Shown here: piece after piece, positions 53,901 through 63,012 of the stretch
How positions within the stretch are numbered: the stretch's first letter is position 1
Layout: each line of letters begins with the position of its first letter
Assembly: GCA_002633005.1 (NCBI GenBank)
Contig: NMRA01000150.1
Span: 202,434-266,433, forward strand
DNA length: 64,000 bases
Source of the DNA: Phoronis australis
Taxonomy: Eukaryota; Animalia; Phoronida
Direction of reading: 5' to 3'
The notes under the pieces: model-generated
The model's input: only the letters and a program-made list of their open reading frames with translations
Told to the model about the DNA's origin: nothing
The model's database searches: none
Made by a program: the position numbers and the translations under genes

Positions 53901-56116
53901 TGAGCACTATGAAAATTGCCAAAATCCTAGGTCACATTTTCAAAATCCAGGTCGCATTCATAAATTCCAGGTTGCAAAAATTTCCCATCATTTTTTTGCA
54001 CCAAAACTGGTGTTAAGGTCACCGAGAAAAGGTTTAAATTATGCTCTTACCTGCAGCATTTAAATACTCCCAAATTTCAGGTCGCAAAATTGAGTTCTTA
54101 CATGCATGTTCCAGGTTAAGGCATTACCATTGTTCTTGACTGCCACTGAAATGCGCTGGAGGTGCATGTTGCAATGCATACCAAAGTTGAGCTACCTGAG
54201 ATTCCCATAAGGGTTTTTATAGATTTACAGTTCTGTGGTAGCCTTTTGCAATTTCGAGTTTGTTACAAGGCTAGTTGCCAACTAGTCAGCCAGCAAGCTG
54301 TATGAAGACTATCTTTAAAATATTACATTCTGCAGCTTTGCAACAAGGCTTGTTGTCGACTTGAAAGTTGAATCAGCGCTCTCAACCAACAAATTTCATG
54401 AAAATCCGTTAAGGACTTGTGAAGATACAGAGGTAAACGTAAAAATATAAAATTGCCACTAGGGGGCACACTGGTAGGCGGATCCGTCCAAAAGTCGTCA
54501 TCGTCTGTTGTTAACATAATATAAATACACTTATTAAATTCCGTAAAGATCCTGCAAATGGTTTAGGAGATACAGCCATAGGCGCAAAACAAAAATGCCA
54601 CTAGGAGGCGTCACAGTAGTCCAAATCGTCTGAAAATCATTGTCAGCTGTCCTCTTTATAGTAAGCACATACACGCCAATTTTCACTATCATCCTTTGAG
54701 CGGTTTGGTTGATAGAGGGGTGGACGCAAAAATACAGACTCGAAAACAGTAAAAATGGCCACTATGTGGCGCAAGCTATGTCGAATCCATCTGAAAATAG
54801 GAGGATAGCGTCATCTCACTAATAGGTGCCTACATACCAAATTTCATGAAAATCCGTTCAGGACTTTTGAAGATATAAAGGTAAGCGTAAAAAACTAAAA
54901 TTGCCACTAGGGGACACACCGGTAGTCGGATCCGTCCGAAAGTTCGCACATGCCGTCCCATTCATAAATGGAACATATGTGCCAAATTTCATGAACGTAT
55001 GTCAAAGGGTTTTGGAGATAGAGCAGCGGACGCCGGACGCCGCCCGGACGGACATATAAATATGTTGGCGCATAAAAATTATCCATACTCAACTTTCAAC
55101 TTTCCTAAATGAAAATGATATTCTAAACTATGCTAATGTTCAGTTTAAAAATTTTTCTTTGAAACAATTACTTAAAGTCGTGGTAAGTCAGACAGAATTT
55201 GCTTCTTTGCACTATTATTCCTATCTATATCATTAGATTTTGCACTTCCTATTATTTCCATCTGCCGTTACTTGATTTTACGCAAATTTGTAATCAATGT
55301 TATTCCAGTCAAAACTATTTTTAATTTTCCACAAATTTTCCGCCTATACCATTATTCCCTAGAATTTGCTGTTTTGCATTATTATTCCCTTCTATATTAT
55401 TATTAGATTTTACCTAAATTTGTAATCAATATTATTATTCCAGTCTATACTATGTTTAAATTTCCACAAATTTGCCGTCTATACCATTATTCCATTCTAT
55501 ACTATTATTAATTTTTTCCGACAAATTTCCGGTCTATACTATTATTCTACTTTTCTAGAGGCAAAAATGTTGGGTCTATACTATTATTAGAATCTCTACT
55601 ATTATTAAAAATCGTGAAACTTTCCAGTCTATACCATTATTGCTGTCACTATTCTGAACTCCAGAGTACTTTTGTATTCATATTTATGTTTAAGTTCAGT
55701 ATATTCTCCGTACTGTAGAATTAGCTAGTATTTTAGTTCTGTTCATTTTGTAGATTTTAAATTTGTCAGATAATAGCACTTGTGCTAATCGTTTCATTGT
55801 TAAAGCTCACCGACTTTTAAACTATGAGATATGACCATGACCTGCATACGTGATTACTCATTGCCGTGAATTCCAGTTCTGATAACCGTTAAAAAACATA
55901 AACCACTGACACTAATTTGGGACCTTTAGTTTGGCTTAACAACCCGCCAAACTGAAGTGCGCCGTTTGGGCAGCAAGACCGTCAGCTAGCGGCAAGCAGG
56001 ATGCGATGACTCGAGACGAGGGAGGATCGGATGAGGTGTTCACATATTACAAACCCATAAATGATTTCACCATCAGCAAAGTCGCCTTTGATAGTTCGTA
56101 CACATATCTGATTCAT
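23884..56116 (-). CDS. Arrestin domain-containing protein (alpha-arrestin-like; Arrestin_N + Arrestin_C), 12 exons, 358 aa
   Basis: Exons 56055-56116, 47405-47481, 44070-44150, 40490-40555, 38719-38804, 34733-34854, 34345-34438, 33959-34143, 31616-31694, 27707-27799, 24973-25060 and 23884-23927 all join through GT-AG sites in matching phase (1077 nt including stop). Arrestin-type motifs: FADGEIIYGVVYVNI, VLPRGNFMLPFQVKLQDDLPSSF, GCLSYHLAA, SITLHARFLQSSYLTGG, VTVKLIRTL, LPASTDGSLLQCGYHVLVDV, VQVPVNI. Confidence 0.85.
24973..25060 (-). CDS. Arrestin-like gene exon 11
   Basis: gttttcag|TGG...TTGT|gtaagt; WKDWLPPPWSYHCNLKEVPSICTVPQYVL. Confidence 0.75.
25186..25296. repeat. Minisatellite, 37 bp x3
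   Basis: caagtaacccagtgcaggcacacagtaggttgtacat repeated. Confidence 0.92.
26760..27152 (-). mobile_element. Penelope-like retroelement 3' fragment (end of GIY-YIG endonuclease plus 3' region)
   Basis: TVRHLKTRTKEH...SHVNIHL...FAIIDQA...LKIREALHISWCKPNLNRQ is the typical C-terminus of the PLE GIY-YIG domain. Confidence 0.85.
26781..26828 (-). ncRNA. Minimal type I hammerhead ribozyme (PLE-associated)
   Basis: Minus strand GACUU-CUGAGGA-U-GGUGU(uuaauaaaug)ACACC-GAAAC-AU-GUC-AAGUU: complete catalytic core, stems I and II, palindromic ACAUGU stem III. Confidence 0.82.
27707..27799 (-). CDS. Arrestin-like gene exon 10
   Basis: gttttag|TGT...AAG|gtaggg; CGYHVLVDVDIDGTNKVNVQVPVNIYMSNKK. Confidence 0.85.
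28567..29852 (+). mobile_element. Helentron-associated (HINE/DINE-1-like) non-autonomous element, copy 1
   Basis: 5' aacaagagcaacgc...atgcgcacac, internal ~150-bp repeats, gacg-rich tract, 3' hairpin atgcgtccacat...atgtgggtgca followed by an A-run. Confidence 0.7.
30316..31054. mobile_element. piggyBac-like MITE
   Basis: ttaa|ctctttcactgtca ... tgacagtgaaagag|ctaa: 14-bp perfect TIR and a TTAA-type target. Confidence 0.7.
30598..30726. repeat. Minisatellite, 35 bp x about 3.7 (inside the MITE)
   Basis: atgaccagagtacacacctcatctttcataccccg repeated. Confidence 0.92.
31616..31694 (-). CDS. Arrestin-like gene exon 9
   Basis: gttttcag|G...CAA|gtgagt; IKSVMVPLTNCDGKDLPASTDGSLLQ. Confidence 0.85.
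32596..33036. mobile_element. MITE with CATG.GCGCAC termini and near-5-bp TSD, carrying a 36-bp array
   Basis: catgt|catgggcgcacccag ... ctgtgtgcacgcatg|catat; same family as 47696-47950. Confidence 0.6.
32647..32904. repeat. Minisatellite, 36 bp x7
   Basis: caagtaaatgagacaaaagtccacaggaattctgtc; explains the repetitive ORFs in four frames. Confidence 0.97.
33959..34143 (-). CDS. Arrestin-like gene exon 8
   Basis: ttttacag|TTA...GACAA|gtaatt; LIRTLKVLMRSKRASCDTTSRLSSCSSWPSCDSATVNLDPMEYTAVMWDQVFKAGQQLHLD(K). Confidence 0.82.
34345..34438 (-). CDS. Arrestin-like gene exon 7
   Basis: ttttcag|G...AAA|gtaagg; FLQSSYLTGGLADLQLNIDKPSGPLNSVTVK. Confidence 0.85.
34733..34854 (-). CDS. Arrestin-like gene exon 6
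   Basis: cttcccccag|GAT...GCCAG|gtttgt; DSIEVVVQRRFDSTRPGDGVTNRMSYKWKLLINRSITLHA(R). Confidence 0.8.
35789..36869. mobile_element. Non-autonomous element with ACTAGAA...TTCTAGT ends, a 5' hairpin and an internal duplication
   Basis: actagaaag-attattgtcacg-g-cgtgacaataat hairpin at the 5' end, ttttctagt at the 3' end; 35880-36010 resembles 36555-36690; related sequence at 37810-38270. Confidence 0.5.
36889..37393. mobile_element. hAT-like MITE, 13-bp TIR, 6-bp TSD
   Basis: gttgag|cagggcttggaat ... attccaagccctg|gttgag. Confidence 0.8.
38719..38804 (-). CDS. Arrestin-like gene exon 5
   Basis: ttgcag|CC...AAT|gtaagt; SSFCMVEDEFRGCLSYHLAASLTGDENVN. Confidence 0.85.
40490..40555 (-). CDS. Arrestin-like gene exon 4
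   Basis: tattttag|GT...CCGT|gtgagt; GKVLPRGNFMLPFQVKLQDDLP. Confidence 0.88.
40845..43951 (+). mobile_element. HINE-like element copy 2, interrupted by the Tc2-like element
   Basis: aacaagagcaac start, ggccactaggtggtgca; resumes after 43434 and ends gtgcgggtgcataaa. Confidence 0.6.
41118..43432. mobile_element. Tc1/mariner superfamily (Tc2/pogo-like) non-autonomous element
   Basis: ta|ccgtaatcgttcgggttaa ... ttaacccgaacgattacgg|ta: 19-bp TIR, TA TSD, subterminal tgggcggttaa repeats, no long ORF. Confidence 0.85.
44070..44150 (-). CDS. Arrestin-like gene exon 3
   Basis: gtatag|GA...AATG|gtgaga; DQKAPVKGRSETLESINWELKLYENN. Confidence 0.78.
44324..45960 (+). mobile_element. Kolobok-like non-autonomous DNA transposon, copy 1 (decayed THAP)
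   Basis: ttaa|aggagaatgccac ... gtggcattctcct|taaa; THAP-like relic AGISFF at about 44540. Confidence 0.8.
46833..46968. repeat. Minisatellite, 34 bp x4, with an internal hairpin
   Basis: caagtgtcctatcatggtaaggaataccatgagt; tcatggta/taccatga 8-bp stem. Confidence 0.95.
47405..47481 (-). CDS. Arrestin-like gene exon 2
   Basis: cttttcag|G...TTTA|gtaagt; VVYVNINGPTSGTGVKLHFLAYEEF. Confidence 0.85.
47696..47950. mobile_element. MITE with 5-bp TSD
   Basis: tatag|gatgcgtgctcccag ... ctgggtgcgcgcatg|tatag. Confidence 0.7.
48367..49971 (-). mobile_element. Kolobok-like non-autonomous DNA transposon, copy 2, inverted relative to copy 1
   Basis: ttaa|aggagcatgccaccc ... gggtggcattctcct|ttaa; ORF 49575-49841 is THAP-like (CPAC...GISFFRLP...RKW...VC). 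Confidence 0.85.
49575..49841 (-). pseudogene. THAP zinc-finger domain relic of the Kolobok transposase
   Basis: HCPACANYAIKRKAGISFFRLPRESEMFRKWFAVVKNEMYAVNSKYEAVKHLHVCGL matches the THAP pattern; the final His is missing. Confidence 0.65.
51480..52924 (+). mobile_element. HINE-like element copy 3 (best preserved)
   Basis: 5' aacaagagc...atgcgcccac; 3' gacg tract, hairpin atgcgtccaaat..atgtgggcgcat and A-run; internal ~150-bp subunits in ABC-ABC-AB order. Confidence 0.75.
54388..55078 (+). mobile_element. HINE-like element copy 4, 5'-truncated
   Basis: Close match to 52200-52924, ending tgttggcgcataaaaa. Confidence 0.75.
55205..55668. repeat. Degenerate array of (c)tatac(t/c)attatt motifs, probably MITE subterminal repeats
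   Basis: About a dozen variants of tctatactattatt with variable spacers. Confidence 0.6.
56055..56116 (-). CDS. Arrestin-like gene exon 1 (start)
   Basis: ATG preceded by an in-frame TAA; MNQICVRTIKGDFADGEIIY(G)|gtttgt. Confidence 0.72.
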
Positions 56117-56943
56117 TTTCCACGGTTATGTACTGGATAACACCGACATTGTGAAAACAAAACGCAAAAACACCAAGATTCAAGGTGTAATTCTTTAGAA
56201 ACGCTTCTGAGTAACTTGCCAACACGTTCACAACCTAGACAACTTCTTAGAAGGAGTCATTCGTTTGCATCAAGACGTATTGTTGAACCTGTCCTTTTCT
56301 GAACTTTTTCCTCCTCTAGGTAGGTGTAAAAGCTATCATAATTTCTAATATTTTGAAACCAAGTGGTGACAAATGCTCTTGGAGGTGAATGAGTTTGTAT
56401 GGAAAATGCGAAGAACAATTTTAGTATGAGCAGCTGGCTTTTATTTCCGGTTTCTGGTTACCGGTTTTTAGCAGGCAGGCAGGCAACACGCACAGAATAC
56501 ATAAAATCGCCGAGGTAGGACTTTCACAAAATGTTTGTTCATTTTGAAAACCACTCTAGCTCTTTGATCAGTTGGTGGATTCATGAACGTTGACACTGAC
56601 TTTAGGCGAGAAATTTTCTTTGAACGTCGAGGCCAAGTCTGCAATTCACTCTTCTCAATCTCAGACTTTAGTTATTCAGTAGGTAATAGTCGGATAAATT
56701 GGTCCCATTTCAAATTCTGTCAGGAATACTTAAAAAATAAAATGAAGTGTCGTAATATACAATTGCCCACTCTCATAGATCACGCGTGCCACTCCACTCT
56801 CACCTTTTCGTGAAATCTACAACATTTGAGAAGATACGCGACAAATTATGTTCGCCTCCCGAGCGTTTTTCCTCAATCCAAGATGTCCGCCAATGAACTC
56901 ACGTTCGCGACAGGACAGGCGTTGTTCTCGCGACCGGGGTCAC

Positions 56944-57990
56944 GTTCGCGAGAGAACACGTGTTGTCTTCTCGACAACGCAAACTAACTAACGTTCGCAA
57001 GAGGCCAAAAATGAACCCAATGAGAAAACGCAAAACTCCAACTTAGTTAAAAGAGATTTTTAAAAAAGGTTTTGTCGTTTCAGCCGCTGATGACGTCATA
57101 CCCCACTATGCCAGGGTATCTTAAATAATGACTTCGTGAAAAAATGACCCGAATTCCGGTGGATACGGATTGGGGGAATATAGCTATAGGTGTGGGTGCA
57201 TTTGCGGGGGGGTGGGGTTGGATTCAAAAGGGAAGGTAAAACGACGTTTTGTCGTACATTTCGCACGCTAATTACGTCATATCCATAACAATAGATCGAA
57301 TGGCAACAGCGCCGGGAATATCGGTGGTTGTGCAAGTAGCGGATTCAGAGATGGGGACTATATGGGGAGTGGGTGTGTGGGGGAGGGGTGGGGATGTGAG
57401 GGGGGATTTGGGACTCATCTAATGTCGTTTTGCCAGTTTGCAAACGAATTCAAGTTCGCGAGAGAACAAATATTGTCTTCTCGCAAACGCCAACTAACTT
57501 GCGTTCGCAAGAGGCCAAAAATGAACCCAATGAGAAAACGCAAATCTCCAACTTTATAGCTATAAAAGAGACATTTAAAAAAGGTTTTGTCGTTTCGCCT
57601 GCTAATGACGTCATATTTCACTATGCCAGGCCGACTCCGTGAAAAAAATGACGCATTCTAGCGCCGCCAGTCGTTGAATCAGAGGATACGGATCGGGGGG
57701 GAGGGACTAGGCGGAGTGGATGTATTTGTGGGGGTGGGGGTTGGATTCAACTAAACCAAAGGGAAGTTAAAACGACGTTTTGTCGTACGTTTCGCACGCT
57801 AATTACGTCATATCTATAACTGGCACATCGTCGTGCAATCAGCGGAAACGGGAGAGGGGGCCGGGGGACCAAGGTACGTAGTGAAGGGCCCGGCGTGCGT
57901 TGGGGGAGGATAGAGGTCGAACTCATGTTCTTAACCAAAAGGAAGATTAAAAGACGAGTTGTCATTTCGCCTGCTAATAACGTCATTAAA
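56944..57990. repeat. About 510-bp diverged tandem duplication with G-rich tracts
   Basis: gttcgcgagagaaca at 56944 and 57454; aaaacgacgttttgtcgtac at about 57238 and 57769. Confidence 0.8.
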
Positions 57991-58804
57991 CTATCGGTCG
58001 AGAGCAGCCCGGCCTGAAGTGTAACATAATATAGCTCCGTGAAAAAAGTTTAAGAGACATTTTTATGTTTTGCCGTTTTACCCGATAATTGCGCCCGTTA
58101 TCTTAAAACATCGGTCAAGTATTGCGGCCACTTTAGCATAAATAGTGACTCCGTGAAGGAATGACCCATTGCGACAGGCATTGATCGTTGGTCGTGCGAA
58201 AGATAAGTTTCAGGGGGACCAACAATCCCTGTGAGTTGATCCGTACCTCCCATGCGATAATCTGTCAGGATTATACGAACGTGTCAGTCCATTCTGCAAT
58301 TAATGGTTAACCATACTCTGTTTTGACAAAGTGACTTTGTTTGTGATCTCCATTTTATATATTTACGCAAAGTTTATCAGTTCCATGTCATCCACAAACA
58401 GATTTCACAAGTCAGAGTTTTCACTGTGGTTAAAAACGTACGCGAACCCATGCAGATGTGTTAGGTCACCTCAGTTGCATGAAGACGCGCCAGTGTATCA
58501 CTGAGTTAACATCGGGCATTTCAAAGGCTGTGGATGAGAAAGGGTTTAATTGTAAAAAACGGTTGGGTGAATTTTGGTGTTGGTAGCACTTGAATTTGCA
58601 TTCGCTTTCTAGACAACACCCTTATATATACAATATGTTAGTTAATCGTGTCTTCAGCCGCGCAGCACTGTACTAGTCCACGCTTTCACATCGTTTGCAC
58701 TAGGCCTAAACATGTAGAACGACAGCGCTTCTTCAACAATTCAGACGACTACCAGGACGACGAATGGGGATCACGAGTCGATGAGAAACTACTCATTTTA
58801 CTGT

Positions 58805-59139
58805 TATGATTGTCTTTGTATTCTATTTTGGGTAATTGCTCATTCGAAGTTTTCATGTTGAAATTGAGCTTTCACTTAATATGGAAATAAACGTTTCAGA
58901 GTTAACTTGCGTTTCGGTTTGTAACCAGCAGACAATGCATGGATACGTTTAACAAACATAAATATATGCTANTATGATTGTCTTTGTAATCTATTTTGGG
59001 TAATTGCTCATTCGAAGTTTTCATGTTGAAACTGAGCTTTCAGTTAATATGGAAATAAACGTGTCAGAGTTAACTTGCGTTTCGATTTGTAACCAGCAGA
59101 CAATGCATGGATACGTTTAACAAACGTAAATATATGCTA
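58805..59139. repeat. 167-bp direct duplication joined by a single N
   Basis: tatgattgtctttgta...aatatatgcta at 58805-58971 and 58973-59139; N at 58972. Confidence 0.9.
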
Positions 59140-59299
59140 TGTTCTCGTCATTGTTCATCACTTTCTTCATTGAACTCGATCGATCCCACATCCATTACTG
59201 TTACGTTTAATGCATAATTCGTTAAAATTGAGAAAGCGCATGTTTAGATCAGTGGTCGGGAACCCTCTTTGTGCGTCGAATACGCAAGTCCAGCTTTTT

Positions 59300-59676
59300 A
59301 TTGGGAAACGATGCGTTGACAGCGCAAACTCGACATTTTTTTATTGAGATAACGAATTTTTACAAAAGAGAATCAGCTGTCTGCAGCGTTTCATGCGCGT
59401 CAACAACGCAAACCAGAGCCACTCATTGGAAAGCCCATATTTGTCACCAGGAAGACTCTTTTTTCACAACGCAGCCCGATATTTCAAGTGAGATATTGGG
59501 AAACAATGCGTTGACAGCGCAAACTCGACATTTTTTTATTGAGAAAACGAATTTTTACAAAAGAGAATCGGTTGTCTGCAGCGTTTCATGCGCGTCAACA
59601 ACGCAAACCAGACCCACTCATTGGAAAGCCCATATTTGTCACCAGGAAGACTCAGCCCGATATTTCAAGTGAGATA
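59300..59676. repeat. About 195-bp tandem duplication
   Basis: attgggaaac.atgcgttgacagcgcaaactcg at 59300 and 59495; explains the repeated ORF 59271-59672. Confidence 0.9.
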
Positions 59677-62389
59677 GCGCAGTTTTGAAAAGATTCCGTC
59701 ACTTGCCGAGAACGGTTTTTGAGCATCGGCAATGCAAGCCGAATATTTCATATTGAGAAAGCGCATCTTTGAAAAGAAGAACCAACACTTGTCGGGAACG
59801 GTCTTGTGCGTCGACAGCGCACATTTCTTATTGGGAAAGCCAGATTTTCAAAAATTAATCGCGCAGACCATTTCAGTCTCATTTACCTGCAATTGTACTG
59901 CTATCAAATGAACGAGCAAGCAATGTTGATACTACGACCGCTCATCGAAATAATGTACACTCACGAAATTCGGACACTAGCTGAAACCCAAGTTTGGAGG
60001 TCCGCCAAATTCGGACACCACAGAAATGATGTTTCGCGAAATTCGTCCAAGAATGAATTTTTTCTATTGGAATTAATTTTCAGTGTCCGAAAATCACGCG
60101 ACTTTACCGTGCTGACAGCAACCCGTTTACCCATGAAAAAGGAATTCATTAAAATTGTAGGAGAAATTACATATTAATTTTTTGATGACCTTTCCACTAA
60201 TTGACCTCTTCCGGTGCATTATGAGAGATTCGTCCAAGAATGAATTTTTTCTATTGGAATTAATTTTCAGTGTCCGAAAATCACGCGACTTTACCGTAAA
60301 ATGCAAGTTTAACATTCTCCCTGAATCCGTTTAACCTTGGTGGGTGAAATTTGAAGTGAACTCGATTGTAATGCATGATACCTGGGGCAATTCTTGGTCA
60401 GCGTGAAGTCCACTTTCCCCTGCGTAAAGTGTTAACATTTTATTTGTAATTTGTCTAGGTGAGCTATTCAGTGTCAACCCTGGCATCGCTCGATGGATTA
60501 GAGGCCTGTTCAACTTGAATGAGCGAGCAGTCTACTATGGACAGTGGAAACATGGCTTCATGAGTATGGCCGCAGTGGGTGCAACAAACGTGGGCTCTAT
60601 CAAAGTCTACTGTGATCAGGTATGGAACTCTGAAAAAACCTTTGCGCTCTGTTTTTTTTCATTTTTGGTATGGTCCTGTTTGTTTTTCAATTGACTTTCA
60701 GGTATCAAAATCTTTCCCCTCAAATGTGTCTCGAAACTTCTGCATGCTTTTGATACTTTTTAATCTTACCTTTTTGGTAAGCAAGTCATTCACATTGATT
60801 TTCTTTCTGTTTAATGCATTCCATCTGTAGACCTACCTATCCTATATTCCCAATGTGTATAATCACTACCAATAATTTGTACAGTTTGGGGTCTGATGAG
60901 TAAAACCACTTGACCTTATGTCATAGGATAAGAATATAAAGAAGCACAACTTTATTGTAACCCTAAACGTATTTCAAAAAGAACATAATACATGGAGGTC
61001 AACATTTCTCCAAATACGCTAATGAAGTCTTACTAATGTATGTCTTTCCTTAGGAAAACTTGAGAGGCTGAGTTTGTCTTTCTTACCAAAAGTGTCATAT
61101 ATTTTTTGTCAAACTAAGGCTGGCAACCATGTTCNAAACATTATTTCTTGGAAACAGCTTAAAAGCAAACAAATAAGGTACTACCCAAAAATCATTTGTA
61201 AACACACGAAATTTAGTACACATTATTTATATTTTGCAACAATGATGCTTATTAGTGTTTGGAAACTTCATTAAATATTGTTTCTTTTAAACTTTTTTTT
61301 CTACTAAACTGTCTGATTAAAGTCACGTTGTGAAACTTAATAGGCCTTCATGTGTATTCAAAGAGCCCTAGAAATGAACTTCCAAAGCACAAATTGCTAA
61401 ACTACATTTTGAAACCACTTTCTTTTGTCCAAAACATTCCCACACCCTGTGCCTACGATTCTCCACGTGGCGATTCTATTTTGAATTACAACATGCTTCA
61501 GGAACCCCCCTACTGCCAAAAAGTGAAAAATTAGAATTTTTCCGGTTTTCCAGTAGGTTTTAAGAAAAAATAAAACACCAAGATGGACCTGAATGCGTCT
61601 ATTCACTTATGTACAGAATAGGTGACAATGAGATAATATTCATATTATCAAACCTTAAAATCAAAACATCTAACCACGTTATGTAATGTAAATGCTTACA
61701 TTTTCACAAAACTAAACAGATTATCTGCATTTTATTTCCCATGTCATTGTGTAACTAATACACACATATTATGTTTCAGATCAGTTTTACAGAGGATTTG
61801 GACAATTTTTGTCGTCAAAACTGAATTTAGTAGTTTTCAGCCAATTTTCTTAAATTTTGTGAATTTTTCACACTTTCATAATGCTCAGATCCAATTTCAA
61901 GTGTCAAATTCGGAACACGGCTCAATCGTAATGAAACTATGCCTGGACAAGTATAGGCTCTCCCGCGATACCCCAGGCAAACGGCAGTGGCGCTGCACAC
62001 TACGGCTCTGTTTCCGTCGTCTGCTTCACTGTGCAATGAAGAAAATTACTTCATTTTTTTAAAGAATGGAATCTGAGTGACGATGAAAAAACACAAGCTG
62101 CTGGTACGATGTGAATTTTAATCGAAGTCTTAGTGAATCACTCAGAAACTCATAATTCTCTCTTTGTCAAACCTTAACTTAAGACAATTTCCAAAGCAAC
62201 GCGTCAAAAAACGGATTTGGTCTTTTGGACAATTGAAGACTATTTTAAATAGCATACAACAAATTTGTTACGAACTGATATTGCACAAAATATAAAAAGT
62301 AATAAGCATTACAAAAAGAAGTAGGTTTCGCGTGCAAACGCTGTGGACCATAAACAAGTAGGTCTCTTAATATCAAATTAGGAGTTAAA

Positions 62390-62455
62390 TCGTGGTGGTG
62401 TAGTGGTAAAGTATGCTTGCTCTATCCTCCAGGTTACGAGTTCAAGTCTGAGGTT
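62390..62455 (+). other. tRNA-derived (SINE-head-like) relic with Pol III A and B boxes
   Basis: tggtgtagtgg (A box) and gagttcaagtc (B box) at tRNA-like spacing; no complete cloverleaf. Confidence 0.35.
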
Positions 62456-63012
62456 TTTGCAGTTTTTCCTGTTAGACACGTTCTCCGCTTTTTTGCCTTT
62501 TTTTCTTAGATAATACTTCAGGAATCAAGAAAAATGCTTGATTGTTAGAGGAAAAAACAGAAAAATTTTCCTGGGCGAGCAAACCTCCCTGATCTGGCCT
62601 CCCCCCATTCGGTGCTATGCGCATCTACAGTCGTGGTTTGCGCAAGTGCTTACAGACAAAATGTTGGGCCCCCCTTGTGATATCCTAGATCCGACACTGC
62701 GATAAATTAAATTTAACTTGTTGAATGCATTTATTGTCATTACTTTGACAATTGTCACTTTATTTTGACATCAACCCTTAGGGTTTATTTTTTATTACTC
62801 ATCTCTATTTATAACCTCAGGGTCTACTTTTGTATTCATACATTTCTCTATGATACACCTGATTGGTCACCCATATTGCCTTAGTTCAGGTCAACGTGGT
62901 CTAGCTCATTCAGCCACCTATCTCGTCGTCTACAAGACCTATGTTCGTTCTCTGCATTTTTTTCCCACCCTCATCCCGGGTGTCTGTTCAACTTTTTTCT
63001 TTTGCTCATATA

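Noticed and set aside
59271-59672. 133-aa ORF with an internal repeat
   Set aside because: Explained by the 195-bp duplication; no recognisable domain.
60376-60420. Minus-strand segment GKVDFTLTKNCP with splice-like ends
   Set aside because: It cannot be linked in frame to the arrestin start, which has an in-frame stop upstream; at most a UTR exon.
62390-62460. Functional tRNA gene
   Set aside because: A and B boxes are present, but the acceptor and anticodon stems do not pair.
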